DNA of 64,000 bases from Ignavibacteriaceae bacterium (GCA_041667115.1 JBAYFO010000008.1:4823-68822), one strand, 5' to 3'; shown: positions 39,043 through 48,162, numbered from the stretch's first letter. Numbers and translations are program-made. Notes: generated from the sequence alone by a model not told the origin.

Positions 39043-39903
39043 ATGGACAGTTATTTTTTAAATTTTATTATTAACACTTTTTTAATGGTATTTGCCATTG
39101 TTTCAGTTATAGAACTTATCTATGATAAAACTATTAAAGGCTCTATCTTCGGTAGAATTAGTAAAAGAGGGTGGTACTTAGTCATAAGTGCAGTACTAAG
39201 TATTGGTTTTAATCTTTACAGGGACTGGCAAGCGGATACTAAACAAGAGGAAACTGACAAGGCAAAAGCCATAAGTGATTCATTGCTTCAATCATCACAA
39301 ACAAAAATACTTCTACTCCAAATATCAACAAAAGATACAATTATTAAAAAAGTAGATAGTACTTATGCGAAAAGTATCAAGGCTTCAAACGAGGCCCTAG
39401 CAAAATATAACCTAAAAATTACTGATTCACTGCATTCTGTAGTTAGCAAATTAAAACTGGATGCAGCGAAACCACAAATACTAATAGCTCCATTAGAAAA
39501 AGGAAGAAGTCCAGCATTCCTAACAAAGGACAATGATAAAAATCGGTTTAATATTCAATTTATTTCAAAAGGTGGCACATGTTATCATATAAGTCTTTAT
39601 TGTTATTTGCTAAAAGATAGAGGTCATGATGATTATTTATTATTAGGGTCATCTCCTCTAACGATTGGAGAAAGCTTTCTTGCTGAAGATGTTTTAAGAA
39701 CAAAATATCTGGAAATATCTCCTGGTATTCTTGTTTACCCTGAGGTTGTGGTATTTCTCACGGGATATTTTTCAAAAGATCCTGATGGAAATATTTTAAT
39801 TCCCTTTAATGAAACTTTTAAATTTAATTTTAAGGAAAACATTTATATATCCGGTTTGGAAATGAAGTACGATAAGATAAAGAAACAACTAAATATTAAA
39901 TAA
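39043..39903 (+). CDS. hypothetical membrane-anchored protein (2 N-terminal TM helices)
   Basis: 286 aa, very AT-rich, no SD, no family recognised. Confidence 0.5.
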   Translation: MDSYFLNFIINTFLMVFAIVSVIELIYDKTIKGSIFGRISKRGWYLVISAVLSIGFNLYRDWQADTKQEETDKAKAISDSLLQSSQTKILLLQISTKDTIIKKVDSTYAKSIKASNEALAKYNLKITDSLHSVVSKLKLDAAKPQILIAPLEKGRSPAFLTKDNDKNRFNIQFISKGGTCYHISLYCYLLKDRGHDDYLLLGSSPLTIGESFLAEDVLRTKYLEISPGILVYPEVVVFLTGYFSKDPDGNILIPFNETFKFNFKENIYISGLEMKYDKIKKQLNIK

Positions 39904-40092
39904 AAACCGCACATAAACCACGAACGTATAAACGATTTTACAGTGCTGTTTTTTCGGGTTTTGCATTTCAGTTCAGTAGTTTTGTGTTAAGAGTTCTAGA
40001 TAAGTAAATAGTTAAATAATTATGATTGTTGTAACTAACACGGCGGAGCGTTCTTGGCGGTGTGTTAGGCGCAACAACGTTATACGATTTGT

Positions 40093-41028
40093 ATGAAGGA
40101 TATATCTAAAATAGAATCTGAAGTTCGCACATATATAAATGCTGCTAGAAAAATAAATGTATTACTAAAAGATAAGATTGCTTGGAATAAATTATGTAGT
40201 TCTTTAGATATTATTGGGGATACAGAATTAGCTATTAAAGAATATCTAAAAATTAAAAAAACAAAAAATGATGGAGAAAAATATTTAATTGTATTCGGAA
40301 TTCTACAAATTCTTTTTGTTCAACAAGATGCTGTTAACAATCTTTGCGAAGCATTAAATATTAAATTTCCCCTCAATCAGGATTTAATTAAAATTAGAGA
40401 AATTAGGAATGATAGTATTGGGCATCCAACAAAAAGAGGTTCTGGGGAAGGGAAATATTTTAATTTTATTAGTCGTCCATATTTGGGACACACTGGATTA
40501 AGTTTGATGACAGTTTATCCAAGCAGAGAAAAAGAAACTGAATTCAGACATTATAATATTCACGAGCTAATAAGAACTCAAAATGAAATAATTTATAATT
40601 CATTGATAGAAGTTGTAAAAAAATTAAAAGAAGAAGAAATGGAACATAGAAAGAAGCATCGTGACAAAAGTATCGCTGGAATATTTCCAACAACTTTACA
40701 CTACCATTTTGAAAAAATGTACGAATCAACTCATCAAACAGCTCCACTTGATATTGGAAAAATAAATTATGATGTAGTAAAAAAAAATCTCGGAGAATTT
40801 ATTACAGAATTACAGAATAGAGGAGTTTACGATGCTTACGATTGGTTAAAGTATCATATTGAATTAATAGAATATCCCCTGGAACGACTTAGAAATTATT
40901 TTTATAGAATAGATGATGTTCCTAATGATAAAGATGCCTATATCTATATTTTTTTTCTTGAAAAACAGTTTAAAGAAATAGTCCAAATGGCAAAAGAGAT
41001 TGATGCAGAATACCAAGAAGATTTATAA
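40093..41028 (+). CDS. hypothetical protein with a candidate HEPN-type Rx4-6H motif
   Basis: 311 aa, all-helical composition. FGILQILFVQQDAVNNL is followed by IREIRNDSIGHPTKR (R-x5-H). AT-rich; the start lies 8 nt after a GTTATAC motif. Confidence 0.5.
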   Translation: MKDISKIESEVRTYINAARKINVLLKDKIAWNKLCSSLDIIGDTELAIKEYLKIKKTKNDGEKYLIVFGILQILFVQQDAVNNLCEALNIKFPLNQDLIKIREIRNDSIGHPTKRGSGEGKYFNFISRPYLGHTGLSLMTVYPSREKETEFRHYNIHELIRTQNEIIYNSLIEVVKKLKEEEMEHRKKHRDKSIAGIFPTTLHYHFEKMYESTHQTAPLDIGKINYDVVKKNLGEFITELQNRGVYDAYDWLKYHIELIEYPLERLRNYFYRIDDVPNDKDAYIYIFFLEKQFKEIVQMAKEIDAEYQEDL

Positions 41029-41137
41029 AACTTATAACATCTTTAATCCGCCAGAGGGCGGATAAATAAGTAAAGCGTACACGCTATGGTGTGGCAGGCG
41101 CAACATCGTTATACCTCATAAATAAAAGGAATGTCTT

Positions 41138-41347
41138 ATGGCAAATAGTATTACAGGAAATCATGATGGTGAAAATGGACGTAATGAATCTTACCATATT
41201 CCTGGTAGAGGAGATGTCCCACGGAAGAAACTAGTTAGAGAAGTTGAAGAGGATAAACATCCCAAATTCAGTATTTATAAAATTAATAGGGAAAAATTTG
41301 TTCGAGGCAAACCTGATGACTCTGAAAAAAACAATATAAATAAATAA
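41138..41347 (+). CDS. DUF3892-like small protein
   Basis: 69 aa; the C-terminal FVRGKPDDSEKNNI resembles the conserved Y.RT..D....NNL end of DUF3892. Confidence 0.45.
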   Translation: MANSITGNHDGENGRNESYHIPGRGDVPRKKLVREVEEDKHPKFSIYKINREKFVRGKPDDSEKNNINK

Positions 41348-41602
41348 TATTTTCGGTTATGGTTATTATAATTAACCAACGAGCGTAACTCTAAGGATTG
41401 TTCTTTCTTTCAATTTTGTTGCAATATTTGGAAATATTACTTTCACAGTAAATTTATTTGTGGAGGCAGTTATGAATCTAAATACGAACATTTATTTGTT
41501 TGCTTGTGCTTTGGCGGGGATTGCCCTTACGAGGAGGTCTGGTGACTTTCTCCAATAATAGTAGATTGCAAAAAAATGGAATAAGAATAATCTGGAATTA
41601 CG

Positions 41603-41640
41603 GTTAAGGGCTGGGGGTTCGATTCCCCCACTCCTCGCCA
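41603..41640 (+). other. tRNA-like 3' fragment (T-arm, acceptor 3' strand, CCA); not a complete tRNA
   Basis: GGGGG-TTCGATT-CCCCC canonical T-arm, then ACTCCTC-G-CCA. The only complementary 5' strand (GAGGAGG at 41531) is 110 nt away and no cloverleaf can be drawn. Confidence 0.45.
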
Positions 41641-41991
41641 TAATTTGAAATATAATGATATAACATCTTTAATAAGTTAAGAGTCATGCTAGGATTGGTA
41701 GTCAAGAGAAAAATATACGCCAGAGGCGTATCCGCCTTTGGCGGAAATTCCACTAACAATCCACAAATGCGGGTGGTTAGCTAAAATGTTTTTTGTTTTT
41801 ATTGTTCAGTACAACTCCGTCACTTTGGGTGCGGAGATTTTTAATAAGTAAATAATCCGTTTTGTTTATAAAACGAGAATGGAAATCTTTAATTAATTAA
41901 TACGGCGTGTTGGGTTTTAACAACTTGCAACGCAAGGTGTGATAACACGCCGTTATATGACTAAACATAATTTCTAAACAAAAGGTGCTTT

Positions 41992-42918
41992 ATGAAACAA
42001 TTATTTATAACTATAGTTACAGTTTTTATTTTATTGCTTGACTGTACTACACTATCTTTTGCTCAAACCGCCACGGTGTCAGGTGCGGGAACAGGGGGTG
42101 TAAATGGCACTTATACGCAGGCAGGGACTTCAAATAGTCGTCCATATTTTACGTATGGTATATACAGACTCGAGTACAGGGATGGTGGTTATGGCATTGA
42201 ATGGGAGATCTGGGATACAAATGAATCCAACCTATCGTACGAAGTTAAATATTATAATTTAAGTACTGCACTAACACCACCATCAATAGGTTGGCAAACT
42301 GATGTTGCCTCAGTCCCTGCTCCAACTGTAAATTATGTATTACCAGTTGAATTGACTTCTTTTAATGCAATTATTAGTAAAAGCACAGTAGAACTGAATT
42401 GGCAGACTGCAACCGAAGTTAATAATTACGGTTTTGAGGTTGAACGCGCCGCGACTTCGCTCGTCATGAAATGGGAAAAGATATGTTTTATTCAAGGTCA
42501 CGGGAATAGTAATTCACCAAAAGAATATTCGTATGCCGACAAACCTGACGGCGGAAGTAGATTTAAGTACCGACTAAAACAAATTGACACTGACGGGAAA
42601 TATGAATATTCGCCGGAAGTTGAAGTGAGCTTTAATGTTCCCTCAGATTTTTCTGTTAAGCAGAATTTCCCGAATCCGTTTAACCCAACAACTAAAATAG
42701 AGTTTTCTATTCCTTCAGATGATAATGTGCAGATAAAAGTATTCAATGTTCTGGGTATGGAAGTAGCAACATTATTAGATGAGCACAGACAAGCGGGAAC
42801 CTATAGTGTAGAATTCTCCACCATAGGCGGAGCAAGTAATCTTTCGAGCGGAGTTTACTTCTATAGAATAGTAAGTGGAAAGTATTCTCAAATTAAAAAA
42901 ATGATCCTCCTTCGCTAA
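41992..42918 (+). CDS. T9SS type A sorting-domain protein (paralogue A)
   Basis: Signal peptide; LPVELTSF..NWQTATEVNNYGFEVER module; C-terminal NFPNPFNPTTKIEF...GVYFYRIVSG...KKMILLR. Confidence 0.8.
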   Translation: MKQLFITIVTVFILLLDCTTLSFAQTATVSGAGTGGVNGTYTQAGTSNSRPYFTYGIYRLEYRDGGYGIEWEIWDTNESNLSYEVKYYNLSTALTPPSIGWQTDVASVPAPTVNYVLPVELTSFNAIISKSTVELNWQTATEVNNYGFEVERAATSLVMKWEKICFIQGHGNSNSPKEYSYADKPDGGSRFKYRLKQIDTDGKYEYSPEVEVSFNVPSDFSVKQNFPNPFNPTTKIEFSIPSDDNVQIKVFNVLGMEVATLLDEHRQAGTYSVEFSTIGGASNLSSGVYFYRIVSGKYSQIKKMILLR

Positions 42919-42949
42919 TTGCTGCTGCACAGCGTTAAAGGATAAGAAT

Positions 42950-43159
42950 ATGAAATCTCTGGTTGTATTTGTTGGATGGAGCATTTTGTTTGTTCTGTGC
43001 TGGCCGGTGGCACTGGTTGCATTAATACTCTTTCCCGTGGTTTGGCTATTGTCTTTACCATTGCGGCTTATCGGGATCACTCTTGATGCGGTTTTTGCGC
43101 TGATCCGTACTTTGATGTTTCTTCCGGCTCGTGTGCTCGGGTGGAGGAGAAATAAATAA
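42950..43159 (+). CDS. small hydrophobic membrane protein (69 aa), paralogue A
   Basis: 2-3 TM helices; conserved as a pair with the upstream CTD protein in both copies of the duplication. Confidence 0.55.
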   Translation: MKSLVVFVGWSILFVLCWPVALVALILFPVVWLLSLPLRLIGITLDAVFALIRTLMFLPARVLGWRRNK

Positions 43160-43541
43160 GGTGTTTGACGAAAACGAGGGTGTTAAGCTAAAATGTTTTT
43201 TGTTTTTAGTATGCACGAGTATTAAAATAAAACTTATAAATCCTCTACGAGGATTAAGGTGAGAGAGCGTGTTGTTGGTTACAAGAATAAGACCTCTACG
43301 AGGTCTAAGGCAAAACATCGTAGATGTTTAATAGTTGTAAAAAAATAGACCAAAGAAAGATGATCCTCGTAGAGGATCAATAAAATTAAACAGAAATGGA
43401 AATCTTTAAATAATTAATACGGCGGTGTTAGGTTTTAACAACTTGTAACGCATTGCGTGATAAGACGGCGTTTGGTGGCTTAAGAATAGAGATTTATTCA
43501 CGATTATAGATATACTAAAACACTAAATAAGAGAAAATATT

Positions 43542-44897
43542 ATGAACAAAAAATTACTTTTTATTTTATCATTATTCGTCGCATTTTCAATCAATGTAGA
43601 GTTAAATGCTCAAACTACTCTAAATGCGGGGGATATAGTCATTATTGCCATTAATGGTGACACAGATGCCACTTATGGGCGAGGCTTTTCATTTATGCCA
43701 CTGGTTAATTTAGACGCTGGAACAGAGATTTATTTCACTGACTATGGTTGGAGCGATGTAGCCGGTGCTTTTATAAATAGTACTGCAATATCAGATGTAT
43801 TCGTGAAATATACTGCTCCTGCAGGAGGCGTTTCTGCCGGGACAGTAATACGAAACGCTACTAATTCGACAACAAATTTTGCGTTTTATTTTGCATATGG
43901 CATTTCAGTTTACGACTACGTGAATCTTGTTGGAGTTACTGCATCCGATGAAGTTTTAGCATTTCAGGGAAGTATCGCTTCACCAACATTTCTATTTGCT
44001 GCAACATATGTGTCTACCGCTGTAGTAGCTTCAGGTTGGGCAACAGGTGTCGCCGCAACAGGAGGTACTAATGGTGTTGGATCAGCTTTGCCAGGTACTG
44101 GAAATGCTTCTGTTGCTGATTTGACAGATGATGTAACAGCTTTATCTTTTAACCAATTAGCAACTGCCAATGATAATTGTGCATATACCGGCCCAACGAC
44201 AGCCGCCACGATGGCAGAATGGCGTAACAGAGTCAGCAATTATACAAATTGGACATTTAATGATGTTATACCAATACCAACGCCACTTAATACTGGCCCA
44301 TTTACGGTTACTGATGCGTTGCCGGTGGAATTAACCTCGTTTTCTGCAACTATTATACAAGGTAATATTTCATTAAACTGGCAGACAGCAACAGAGGTAA
44401 ATAACTACGGATTTGAAGTTGAACGCGCCGCGACTTCGCTCGGCATGACATGGGAAAAGATCGGATTTGTACAAGGACATGGGAATAGTAATTCACCAAA
44501 AGAATATTCGTATGCCGACAAACCTGACGGCGGAAGTAGATTTAAGTACCGGCTAAAACAAATTGACACTGACGGGAAATATGAATATTCGCCGGAAGTT
44601 GATGTTAGTTTAGATATTCCAACAGAATTTTCTATTAAACAGAATTTCCCGAATCCGTTTAATCCAACTACAAAAATAGAGTTCTCGATACCTACAGATA
44701 ATAATGTTCAAATAAAAGTATTTAATGTTCTGGGTATGGAAGTAGCGACATTATTAGATGAGCACAGACAAGCGGGAACCTATAGTGTAGAATTCTCCAC
44801 CATAGGCGGAGCAAGTAATCTTTCGAGCGGAGTTTACTTCTATAAAATAGTAAGTGGAAAGTATTCCGAAATAAAGAAGATGATCTTTCTTCGCTAA
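43542..44897 (+). CDS. T9SS type A sorting-domain protein (paralogue B, different N-terminal domain)
   Basis: Signal peptide and a unique 270-aa N-terminal region. The C-terminal 190 aa are nearly identical to 41992..42918. Confidence 0.8.
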   Translation: MNKKLLFILSLFVAFSINVELNAQTTLNAGDIVIIAINGDTDATYGRGFSFMPLVNLDAGTEIYFTDYGWSDVAGAFINSTAISDVFVKYTAPAGGVSAGTVIRNATNSTTNFAFYFAYGISVYDYVNLVGVTASDEVLAFQGSIASPTFLFAATYVSTAVVASGWATGVAATGGTNGVGSALPGTGNASVADLTDDVTALSFNQLATANDNCAYTGPTTAATMAEWRNRVSNYTNWTFNDVIPIPTPLNTGPFTVTDALPVELTSFSATIIQGNISLNWQTATEVNNYGFEVERAATSLGMTWEKIGFVQGHGNSNSPKEYSYADKPDGGSRFKYRLKQIDTDGKYEYSPEVDVSLDIPTEFSIKQNFPNPFNPTTKIEFSIPTDNNVQIKVFNVLGMEVATLLDEHRQAGTYSVEFSTIGGASNLSSGVYFYKIVSGKYSEIKKMIFLR

Positions 44898-44928
44898 ATG
44901 CTGCTGCACAGCGTTAAAGGATAAGAAT

Positions 44929-45138
44929 ATGAAATCTCTGATTGTATTTGTTGGATGGAGCATTTTGTTTGTGCTGTGCTGGCCGGTGGCACTGCTTGCA
45001 CTCATTCTCTTTCCCGTTGTTTGGCTTTTATCTTTACCATTGCGGCTTATCGGAATCACTCTTGATGCGGTTTTTGCGCTGATCCGTACTTTGATGTTTC
45101 TTCCGGCTCGTGTGCTCGGGTGGAAGAGAAATAAATAA
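44929..45138 (+). CDS. small hydrophobic membrane protein (69 aa), paralogue B
   Basis: Differs from 42950..43159 at only a few residues. Confidence 0.55.
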   Translation: MKSLIVFVGWSILFVLCWPVALLALILFPVVWLLSLPLRLIGITLDAVFALIRTLMFLPARVLGWKRNK

Positions 45139-45374
45139 GGTGTTTGACGAAAACGCGGGTGTTAAGCTAAAATGTTTTTGTTTTTAGTGTTTATGGTGTA
45201 ATAAACCGATAAATCGGTTGCGGGGTTGAGATGTGGTGTAAATGCCCACGACTGAAGTCGTGGGTTAATGAAAAAGTTTTTAATAATTAATACGGCGATG
45301 TTGGGTTTTAACAACTTGTCACGCAAGGCGTGATAATACGCCGTTAGGCGATTTAATATAAATGGAGATAAAAA

Positions 45375-45809
45375 ATGGTTAAATATATATCGAAGTTCGC
45401 GCTTCTAATTCTTGTTTTATCGATTATTTATTTGTTGATCTCTGGAAACATGTTGTCGGAATCACCATTTATTATAGTTGGTCAATTACTATCTGTTGGC
45501 TTTAGTATTTGGGCACGTCGCAGTTTTCAAAAAGAACAATTTAGCATTCATGCAGAACCTTCAAATGGTTCTCCTCTTACTACTGGGCCGTATAAATTTG
45601 TTCGTCACCCTATGTATACATCCGCATTGTTTCTTATTTGGATAAGTATTATTGGTCATTTATCCATTTTGACAGTTACAATTGGTGTAGTTGTATCTAC
45701 TGTAATATCACTTCGCATAATTACCGAAGAACAGTTACTTCGTGAAAGATTTCTTGATTACAATTTATATGCATCAAAAACTAAAACTATAATTCCGTTT
45801 CTTTATTAA
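45375..45809 (+). CDS. isoprenylcysteine carboxyl methyltransferase (ICMT/PEMT)-family membrane methyltransferase
   Basis: 4 TM helices and the GPYKFVRHPMYTSALFLIW motif. Confidence 0.7.
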   Translation: MVKYISKFALLILVLSIIYLLISGNMLSESPFIIVGQLLSVGFSIWARRSFQKEQFSIHAEPSNGSPLTTGPYKFVRHPMYTSALFLIWISIIGHLSILTVTIGVVVSTVISLRIITEEQLLRERFLDYNLYASKTKTIIPFLY

Positions 45810-46288
45810 TAAATCTATTCATTAATATTGAGTTTAAATGAGCGCCTAACATCTTTAATAAGTAAAGAGTCCACGCTAAGGCGTGGCAGGCACAGAAAAT
45901 AAATATTGGTGACAATCCGCAAATGCAGGCGCTTAGCTAAAATGTTTTTTGTTTTTAATATGCACGAGTATTAAAACAAAACTTATAAATCCCCGCCAGA
46001 GGCTGGCAGGCTCTACGAGGATTAAGGTGCGAGAGAGTGTTGTTGGTTACAAGAATAAGACCTCTACGAGGTCTAAGGCAAAACATCGTAGATGTTTAAT
46101 AGTTGTAGAAAAATATAACCATGAAAGATGATCCTCGTAGAGGATCAATAAAATTAAACGGAAATGGAAATCTTTAAATAATTAATTCGGCGTGTTGGGT
46201 TTTAATAACTTGCAACGCAAGGCGTGATAACACGGCGGTAGGGCAATTAAAAAAAATTACTCAACAATCCTTTTAAGAGGAAGGAAAT

Positions 46289-46786
46289 ATGGATGAATCA
46301 GAGAATAACTTATTAACGTGCGAAGCTTGTAATAATTCAGTTAAAAAGGATGACGATTTTTGCCCTTATTGTGGCTCTCTTTTCATTGATGAAATATTTT
46401 GCGATAACCACAATGCTATTCTTGCTGATGGTGTTTGTATAATATGTTCTATCCCGTATTGTAAAAAATGTGGAGCAAAAATAAATAATCATTTTCTATG
46501 CAATCAACATTCCAATTATGAAATTTATGAAGGAATGGCCAGAGTCTATGGAACTCTTGATATCACAGCTATTCAATATGCAAAAACTTGTCTTGAACAG
46601 GATGGTCTTCATCCTGTTTTGTTTAGTCGTAATTCCACTTATGGAGGTTCAAGATTGTCATATAGTCTTTTTGAGGCTGCCGGAGACTATTTAGGAAATA
46701 TAATAGATGAAATTAAAGTTATGGTTCCTTGTCAGGAAGTGTTAAAGGCTGAGGAAATCCTTAAATCAATTAATATAATTACCTAA
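46289..46786 (+). CDS. zinc-ribbon protein with a DUF2007-like C-terminal domain
   Basis: CEACN...CPYCG and several further CxxC pairs. Same architecture as 26294..26836 but a divergent sequence. Confidence 0.5.
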   Translation: MDESENNLLTCEACNNSVKKDDDFCPYCGSLFIDEIFCDNHNAILADGVCIICSIPYCKKCGAKINNHFLCNQHSNYEIYEGMARVYGTLDITAIQYAKTCLEQDGLHPVLFSRNSTYGGSRLSYSLFEAAGDYLGNIIDEIKVMVPCQEVLKAEEILKSINIIT

Positions 46787-46904
46787 CAGTTTATAAATAG
46801 AAAACTACCTGACTTCTTCAATCCGCCAAAGGCGTATAAATAAGGAAAGGGTCCTCGCAAGGGCGTGGTAAGTAAAAAATAACACGATTGATTATTACCA
46901 ACGC

Positions 46905-46988
46905 GAAGCATAAATTGCACCCAAGATTTGTAGTGTGTTTTACTTATTTCCGACAACTTCCTCTTAGTAACCCACGACCGATCACAAA
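46905..46988. repeat. 84-bp direct repeat, copy 1 (left of the RhuM-Fic gene)
   Basis: GAAGCATAAATTGCACCCAAGATTTGT...CTCTTAGTAACCCACGACCGATCACAAA; about 4 mismatches to 48163..48246. Confidence 0.9.
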
Positions 46989-47042
46989 CGAATGGAATCT
47001 CTAAATGTTCGAAGGAGCATTGGTTTAGTGAAAACCACAAAG

Positions 47043-48040
47043 ATGAAAAACAATAAAATATCTTCTCTTTCAAAAGGAGAGGTAATTATTTACAAGTCTG
47101 CTGAAGGTGACACGGCAATTGATGTAAAATTTGAAGAAGAAACCCTTTGGCTAACCCATCAACAAATTGCCGCTCTCTTTGGAAGAGACCGCAGCGTGAT
47201 TACACGCCATATAGAGAACATCTTAAGAACTAAAGAACTTGACGAAAAAAGCAATGTGCAGAAAATGCACATTCCAAATTCCGATAAGCCGGTAAAATTC
47301 TACAACCTTGATGTAATTCTCTCAGTTGGTTATAGAGTAAATTCAAAACGCGGAACCCAATTCCGGATTTGGGCAAATAAGATTCTGAAAGAATATCTGA
47401 TTGAAGGATATGCCTTAAATGAAAAAAGATTGAAAGAGCAAACCGGAAAAATAAAAGAATTAGAAAAATCTCTGGAAATTTTTAAGCGGATTGCCGATAC
47501 TTATCAATTAGAAAAAGATGAACTTGCCGGCATACTAAATGTTATTTCTGATTATACTTATGCGCTTGATATTCTAGATCGGTACGACCATCAGCAACTC
47601 AGTATTTCCAAACCCGAAAAGAAAGAGGAGTACAGAATAATATATGAAGACGCAAAGTTGTTAATAAAAAATCTCAAAAAGAAATTTAGCAGTTCCACTT
47701 TGTTTGGTAAAGAAAAGGATGAATCCTTAAAGAGTACGGTGGGGACAATTTACCAGACATTCAATAAAAAAGAACTCTATCCAAGTATCGAAGAAAAGGC
47801 AGAATGCTTTTGTATCTGACGATTAAAAATCACTCGTTTATTGATGGCAATAAAAGAATCGCCGCTGCAATTTTTTTGATGTACCTTAGCAAAAATAATT
47901 ATCTCTACACCAAGGATGGTGAAAAAAGAATTACCGATAATGCTTTAGTGGCAATAAGTCTAATGATAGCTGTGAGTGATCCTAAAGAGAAAGATATAAT
48001 AGTTAAGGTAGTCGTCAACCTGATAAACAAGAATAATTAA
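47043..48040 (+). pseudogene. RhuM-family virulence protein fused to a Fic/DOC domain, interrupted by a frameshift near 47803
   Basis: The N-terminal part ends ...PSIEEKAECFCI* at 47819. Frame -1 continues MLLYLTIKNHSFIDGNKRIAAA (Fic motif HxFxDGNKR). Joining the two gives the family consensus EEKA..LLY.I.KNH.F.DGNKR. There is no slippery heptamer. Confidence 0.7.
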
Positions 48041-48162
48041 CATCCCCGTATTAAAAGGGGAATAATGACAGAAGGATTTCAATTGATTGAGTTTATGACT
48101 GACTAAAAAAACGAATAAAAGTTTAGGCTTACAAAATTTACTAGATTGATTTTGAATAAAGA

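Noticed and set aside
41531-41640. Complete tRNA gene (110 nt) using GAGGAGG as the 5' acceptor strand.
   Set aside because: It is too long, no D-arm or anticodon arm can be formed, and there is a G-A mismatch at the base of the acceptor. I kept only a tRNA-like 3' fragment.
42775-45059. Antisense 101-aa ORFs 42775..43080 and 44754..45059.
   Set aside because: They are shadow ORFs opposite the T9SS sorting domain and the 69-aa gene. They appear twice only because the DNA segment is duplicated.
47795-47825. Programmed -1 ribosomal frameshift joining the RhuM and Fic parts.
   Set aside because: There is no X-XXY-YYZ slippery heptamer and no obvious downstream stimulatory structure. A mutational or sequencing frameshift is simpler.
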